A stretch of DNA of 64,000 nt from Candidatus Thorarchaeota archaeon SMTZ1-45. Lineage in GTDB: Archaea; Asgardarchaeota; Thorarchaeia; Thorarchaeales; Thorarchaeaceae. The stretch spans positions 22,637 to 86,636 of the forward strand of contig LRSL01000081.1 in the NCBI GenBank assembly GCA_001563335.1, in the 5' to 3' direction. Position numbers and translations under genes: made by a program. Positions 61,901 to 64,000 of the stretch are shown piece by piece (position 1 is the first letter of the stretch; every line of letters starts with the position of its first letter). The notes under the pieces were generated by a model that made no database searches, was not told where the DNA came from, and was given only the letters and a program-made list of their open reading frames with translations.

Positions 61901-64000
61901 TCTCTCCCAGGTGCCAGACTCCCAAGTAACCAGCATCCCAGACTGGTCCAGAATCATATACTATTGGAGCCAATGGATTCCCATAATACATAGTAATTAC
62001 TGTATCACTAGAGCCAGAGAGTAATGGGACATTCACCCACGCTACGAAATGCGCATGGCTGCCATTATAAGATTGGTCAAACAGCTCTATCTCATGTGAA
62101 AGCGTTTCTTCGCCAATCGTGAATGCGATATCTCTTCCGTCAGAGCGCACATCTGTCTGAAGATCTGTATCATATATGTCTACCAATACAGGGAAGTTTA
62201 CAAGACTCTCAGCAACATTTTCATGACTGATAGTGAGATACTTTCTGTGGTGGTAAGGGAGCGTGAATCTTTGTCCTTGAAATGTTGTTGTCCCAGTATA
62301 CCACGTTGAGCCTGATGGGTCTCTCAGCTCAAGGGCGATTGTAGACCCTATAGTTCCAGAACTCCAAACACGAAACTGGATGTCATCACCCAATGTAAAC
62401 TGGCTCGTGGTAGAATAGGGTCCTCCTGCAGGTCCCATCTGCGTATCGAGAATATGATTCCTATCCAAGAATTGTAGCTGCCACATACCATACTCGTCAA
62501 TTGCTGTTGAACTAACAATCAATCTTCCATCAAAACATGTCCAATCAGTTGCGAATGTTAACTCAATACCTGAAGGGCTTTTAACGGAAAATGGCCACCA
62601 TTCGCCCTCTGGATACGAAATCTCGAATGATATCGAATCTAATTCAGGCGGAGGCGACACCAACACACCAGCAGTCCAAATTGGCAGACTCCCATTAACA
62701 ATAGAGAATGATGTTCCTAGAGTGAAGTCATCAGCATAACTTTGAGTTGGCATCTGAACTTCAAGTGATAGCTTAGCCCCGATTGTGACGCTGGATTCAG
62801 AACTTGTTGTGAAAATGTATCCCTCACCACTAATTTGTACTTCCGACCCAACTGAATAGAAGGAGCTAGGATTGTATTGATTATTATATTCCGTTAATAT
62901 CCACTCTGAAGATCGGACAATATTGGACACTCGAATTTCATCAAATTTCCCAAGAAACTGACTATTTGTAATAACATCATTTCCTCCCCATAACCAATCA
63001 TCAAGACTGGCTAGTTGTGTCCATTCTGAGGGAACATTTTCAATAGCTAAACTCAATGGAACTCCATCCAAATACATCACTACGCTTTTTGTAGAGTAGT
63101 CTAAAGTTAATGTAGCGTAATGCCAAACACCATTTGTAAAGGGATTTGTAACAAGATTATAATCAATGCTATTGCCACCCCATGGATAGAAGAAATTGTC
63201 CCCATCTGATTGTACTGCCCATTCAAAACCATCAACTTGGATATTTGGCGGGTCAAAGCGATCACTTGTTGTAAAAATGCGTTGATATCCGCCATCAGAT
63301 GAATCCACCCAATTGACCCAGATTGATATAGTCCCTGCATATTTTATCAAGTCCAAGCTGGAGCTTTCTGACACATTGATCATGTCATCAATTCCATCCA
63401 ACTCAAACCCGCTCCCAATTTGACCTGGGACTAGATCTGAGCCGCTCATGGATCCCAAAGTTACACCATCATTGTTATACGGACTACTATCATAAACTAT
63501 TCCTGTTGGACTTTCATCTAGATGCCACGCACCGACATAACTGCTCCATACTGCATCTGGTCTTTCTTGAGCTGGTAAGCCTGGATTGCCATAATACATA
63601 GTGATCGTTGTATCGATTGAAGAAGAAAGGTCTGTCTTAACCCAGGCAATAAGATGCGCATGTGTTTCGTTATATGTCTGGTCAAAGAGTGCAATCTCGT
63701 GTGGACACCAAATATATCCAGTCTTGAACATGATGTCATCTCCGTCAGGTTGCACATGAGTCCTAAGATCTGTATCAAAAATGTCAATGAGCATAGGGAA
63801 ATCCGTCAGGTCTGCACTGACTTTTGTGTGGTCGACAACTATGTCTTTCTTATATTTGAAATCAGTAATTTGAACTTCTGGATGATATTCTTCCTGGAGT
63901 GCTGTTTCATCTCCTATTGAGTAGAAACTGTATGGATCATTTTGATTATTGAACTCAGTTAGTATCCACCCTGCAGAACGAGCAACTCTAGATATGCGGA
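52995..64000 (-). CDS. Giant single-pass cell-surface protein, paralog of 41077-52998, 5' end outside the window (>3660 aa)
   Basis: Frame stays open upstream of the ORF-track ATG (63794) to the edge: RISRVARSAGWILTEFNNQNDPYSFYSIG...FKYKKDIVVDHTKVSADLTDFPM. Two complete DUF2341-LamG modules plus the end of a further LamG; Ig-like stalk; TM at ~53715-53772; GTGA stop/start overlap with the downstream paralog. Confidence 0.88.
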   Translation of the reverse strand, partial: RISRVARSAGWILTEFNNQNDPYSFYSIGDETALQEEYHPEVQITDFKYKKDIVVDHTKVSADLTDFPMLIDIFDTDLRTHVQPDGDDIMFKTGYIWCPHEIALFDQTYNETHAHLIAWVKTDLSSSIDTTITMYYGNPGLPAQERPDAVWSSYVGAWHLDESPTGIVYDSSPYNNDGVTLGSMSGSDLVPGQIGSGFELDGIDDMINVSESSSLDLIKYAGTISIWVNWVDSSDGGYQRIFTTSDRFDPPNIQVDGFEWAVQSDGDNFFYPWGGNSIDYNLVTNPFTNGVWHYATLTLDYSTKSVVMYLDGVPLSLAIENVPSEWTQLASLDDWLWGGNDVITNSQFLGKFDEIRVSNIVRSSEWILTEYNNQYNPSSFYSVGSEVQISGEGYIFTTSSESSVTIGAKLSLEVQMPTQSYADDFTLGTSFSIVNGSLPIWTAGVLVSPPPELDSISFEISYPEGEWWPFSVKSPSGIELTFATDWTCFDGRLIVSSTAIDEYGMWQLQFLDRNHILDTQMGPAGGPYSTTSQFTLGDDIQFRVWSSGTIGSTIALELRDPSGSTWYTGTTTFQGQRFTLPYHHRKYLTISHENVAESLVNFPVLVDIYDTDLQTDVRSDGRDIAFTIGEETLSHEIELFDQSYNGSHAHFVAWVNVPLLSGSSDTVITMYYGNPLAPIVYDSGPVWDAGYLGVWHLGESGTGALDEYLDSSQYKNHGQGGEGNSSFIPTRVTGKIGSGQDFNNIDGYYDLIDCGDSPLWDIDGYQITLEAWVQHDITPNTHVYGIMNHKGWYDGYALYVNYGGSSTLKPTFSLPGDTHQLRGANDVTGSSWHHIVATYDGSLMRIYMDGIQDPNVLAKTNAIAPSSFEKAFWIGHGDQPKDRGWSAEWDGQIDEVRISDVVRSAGWIQTQFENQYDPSSFYSVSIEENIGYSESASINLDTSVPAGVWLATARYSDGSSVVHHRVGMFSRSFIVKRGVSLNLAAPGDAIADGISTKLIGEQLYVEFELEDTLNAAMVSGATVSMNWSVSGMPTDVQLNDYGDGRYGKTLNTSDLGGYGRWRLDLEASHPFYTNTTDFFYLDLSHRTFLTYVPPPDAPYGDDFEIRLTLKDQFDNAPLSGATISCNGTILGSPIDYGNGTYLVSVDSTGLSIGEHTFRFTAEPSSSFLLSSIIDVQFNYRPIATDATPLSPDAVEAPWSQQANTSIYWYDIDHAGIGVEGGSLSISPFVQTQTFEEGSGYYNITIDVSSLAPGTYYFNLTFSKLNYQSSTTTISILVLAHRTSLSVDYNSTIPVGTDAYFDVSWLDLDLDSIGVGSGNLSQITLDWGTGSDSYPAFGFWLDTSGWAVGSYFINVSISATEFPRFYMDSYIVIQLEIRKLKVYLSWDPLEPFPNGNDFVMFIYVNVSEPGSPIDGTPITGLDQSYFSARNETGGLYTFESFTNLGNGLYQITIDSARFLEGQYKIIVFVDFLPTENYTDTNTPQVPFTYRPILTYLSSPDYPTVTTSFDTNVTVRLLYVDIDHVQNITTGLITSEGASIVWQHIGNGVYEVLIVVQGWDLGAHEVNLTADASSYQAKTLTFQILVQIAYAYARSSVTIVDLPVGDTAVFYADYWDITHDEPIIGATIDHNWTYPLVVSWTGDQYRIELPSMDTNGLSSYLVIFNFSKGPNYQFGYFNLSIILRTHLTEFRLASAVEPTSYNAMVNISVYCGDLDNDAGIIDAPVNLSIYGESGWILATVENDTLLGNGYYIIRFAATNLGSSGIYELTVFFNWTGPVQKYYDRSAVAFVKIIGEASELDLIDSAEPTPYLGNLSYTYLYSELYSGNGISNLSAPAGNVFIYIEVVGQSFSPSLFTITEDIGNPGYYSIEFNSTIFAGPGTYTMIVYVNWSKTQEPFYGNWTDTVSVRIIPRSTLINLIPPESTPFGVNATFSFSFDDVAEGSTYSIANSSQMSVTIGLPDFSITYNESTRMFHVSFNTSILGAPLGNRQFTIGVTWTGAPYYANVTGRPVIISVRFRETEFDYSTISPTPYGDNVTLHLTFTDITLGPHQPINDGSVTLYNGTQIIPISEYSFTPLGNGEYEIELKTTYFNRPGTYSISVEMSTGHFYYAVVTSSRSLSLRYRLTVLLVEPVEEMAYNNSLELVFHYSDLLTLADIGNTTTLTSIQILNGSSWFFTSIWRGASEDYLLTVQTYNQNLEINREYVLWIEVSYPDASPFYLSAEAFVSFTLRERATNLELTSSPEPTQYLENVNFTAYYQDSLSLDGIAGATITLTVGGMDLVEGVDYVLQSPADGFYFISLNTTALGPAGTTVNLVLRASWTSNAPYYSTSIISLTLSVTKRNSVTETLVSTTQVKFLENVTFTIRYSDEATGQAIQLNKDHLLIYSGGVLLPDSDFSMNYLGSNYEVSINSTVLFSGLISNWNITFYMDWQDNVAPYYSDGRASARVTVVNRVGVIIRDVAPTVPIYDNMTFNFEYVDDSTGIGINDAIVSFDCFSPSGLIEGTDFWIFRNEGNYSILVDSTSLGGTGTFTFSLRLLWSPTLAPFYRNTTTIFLQGSVRLIQAQLTNEEPDPSTVPINDNVSVILNLIDLDHGIPISGAEGSFSVRYKTNASGPATWSITLLSPGVYELVVDCSDAGATGTNSFIITLSFSDYQTLEIQVPFQIRLRQGELNEFTPPGTYFGEATYVIVELVDKDAGDAPISGATLIITWPDIGYTPDYTSIGPGLYNITLTTTSLDAGLYTLIVGAQISDYFISDISIPIQIQSIPTELILPQTIQDVYWGEPMSIWAMFNDTRDSVLISGATLVYQFGVLSDTLIEGAPAGNYSFTIDTGNLAIATTYVVSITATLKNYVTVTGQLTVNVLKLPIGLTIISEAQPEVFKGTPVNITVYVNNTYSNLPLLGATVRVTYIFQDEIEIILTAVPGKNGYYSGFVDTTDLFVGEYVLTITAERTNYLIATTSATAIIKQISTSVWLDALTSTYSTRTFNWSDTIRIGVYVLAPSLNESYPLSTGLTNCTVLWSLSGTAFTGEFLNGTSIGGPGYFYFDFETWDYSASTYTLRITAYPNIGMFAYSSNLTTLIIESIETSVESTYLSPKIWGWTGWVNLTYWDLLYDRGIAGASVTVDWDGTESLYRFIGNGTYQVFINASLVSPGIYPVSVRFLMDNYKTGTGIFTLIVKEVPTAISVFAPTLNQIDEDSLNLQVPYGDILPVIMFYNDTWYNRGIPGATEITGVVLGPGIPDRDYLSIEEISNGNYSLLFDTTRWTVSQIPYRVILSFFLGNWSRASINIQITIIHVPTGLQIEGSTSVSMSYGAEFSVWVFYYDTWVGHAGEGIAGGSINATSLDTRYVIVSLNQSDPSRSGWYEIRLRSQRTQGSTIISVILSKENYESASVNIAVSVEPSDFDILLERAIIFGVPIGIIILAGVVLWTRLFSVPKRLREIRGMVRTISRGKIPEPPDNVPTRQEMVADLFNDIAKPVGISKTASSMPGEAITTEVPEIEELLVQLSILSKLTPDELEDFKLDVSKMKLSEQVTFVKEVINQEAIKQGRTERKPMETILEETAAKARAILAGEEIDEVLEREPVKEYVKPEDAKEVEETILEPIEVEEVDSTDMLGEDELKEIRQRLMDAGIKGSELETIMDQTRELPRELAEELLKSILGKGGEDK

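Noticed and set aside
63792-63794. ATG 63794 as start of the second giant protein
   Set aside because: The frame is open and homologous (LamG end, DUF2341 start) up to the window edge
41077-64000. Diversity-generating retroelement, intein or CRISPR-like repeats in the giant genes
   Set aside because: No reverse transcriptase, no adenine-specific TR/VR pair noticed, no intein terminal motifs at the inserted cassette, and no regularly spaced DNA repeats; the repeats are at protein level

Overview
Gene-dense archaeal chromosomal segment, most likely from an Asgard archaeon (Thorarchaeia-like). This is inferred from ArcS/RaSEA, archaeal TpiA and FBP aldolase/phosphatase, PolB1, GGAGGTGA-type RBS, giant DUF2341/LamG surface proteins and eukaryote-like domains. 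The first ~41 kb is mostly housekeeping. It holds a gluconeogenesis/glycolysis cluster (class I aldolase, FBPA/P, TPI), two near-identical tRNA-Arg genes, two thioredoxins, a DUF1998 helicase-arcS-raSEA operon, a nurA-herA-mre11-rad50 operon, a GT-C glycosyltransferase, PolB1, a class III aminotransferase and an orphan DNA methyltransferase. The last 23 kb encodes two translationally coupled, paralogous giant single-pass surface proteins (3973 aa and >3660 aa, the second truncated by the window edge). Most notable: (1) a cytoplasmic protein whose N-terminus aligns by eye with the adaptin mu/delta-COP homology domain; (2) a cytoplasmic IFT52-like GIFT domain fused to a coiled coil and an ESCRT-I steadiness-box-like hairpin; (3) giant adhesins with loop-inserted DUF2341-LamG cassettes and repeated helical cytoplasmic modules; (4) five intact genes whose products appear to have lost catalytic or metal-binding residues. 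All family assignments are by manual motif recognition, not database search. No CRISPR array, rRNA or transposase/integrase was seen.
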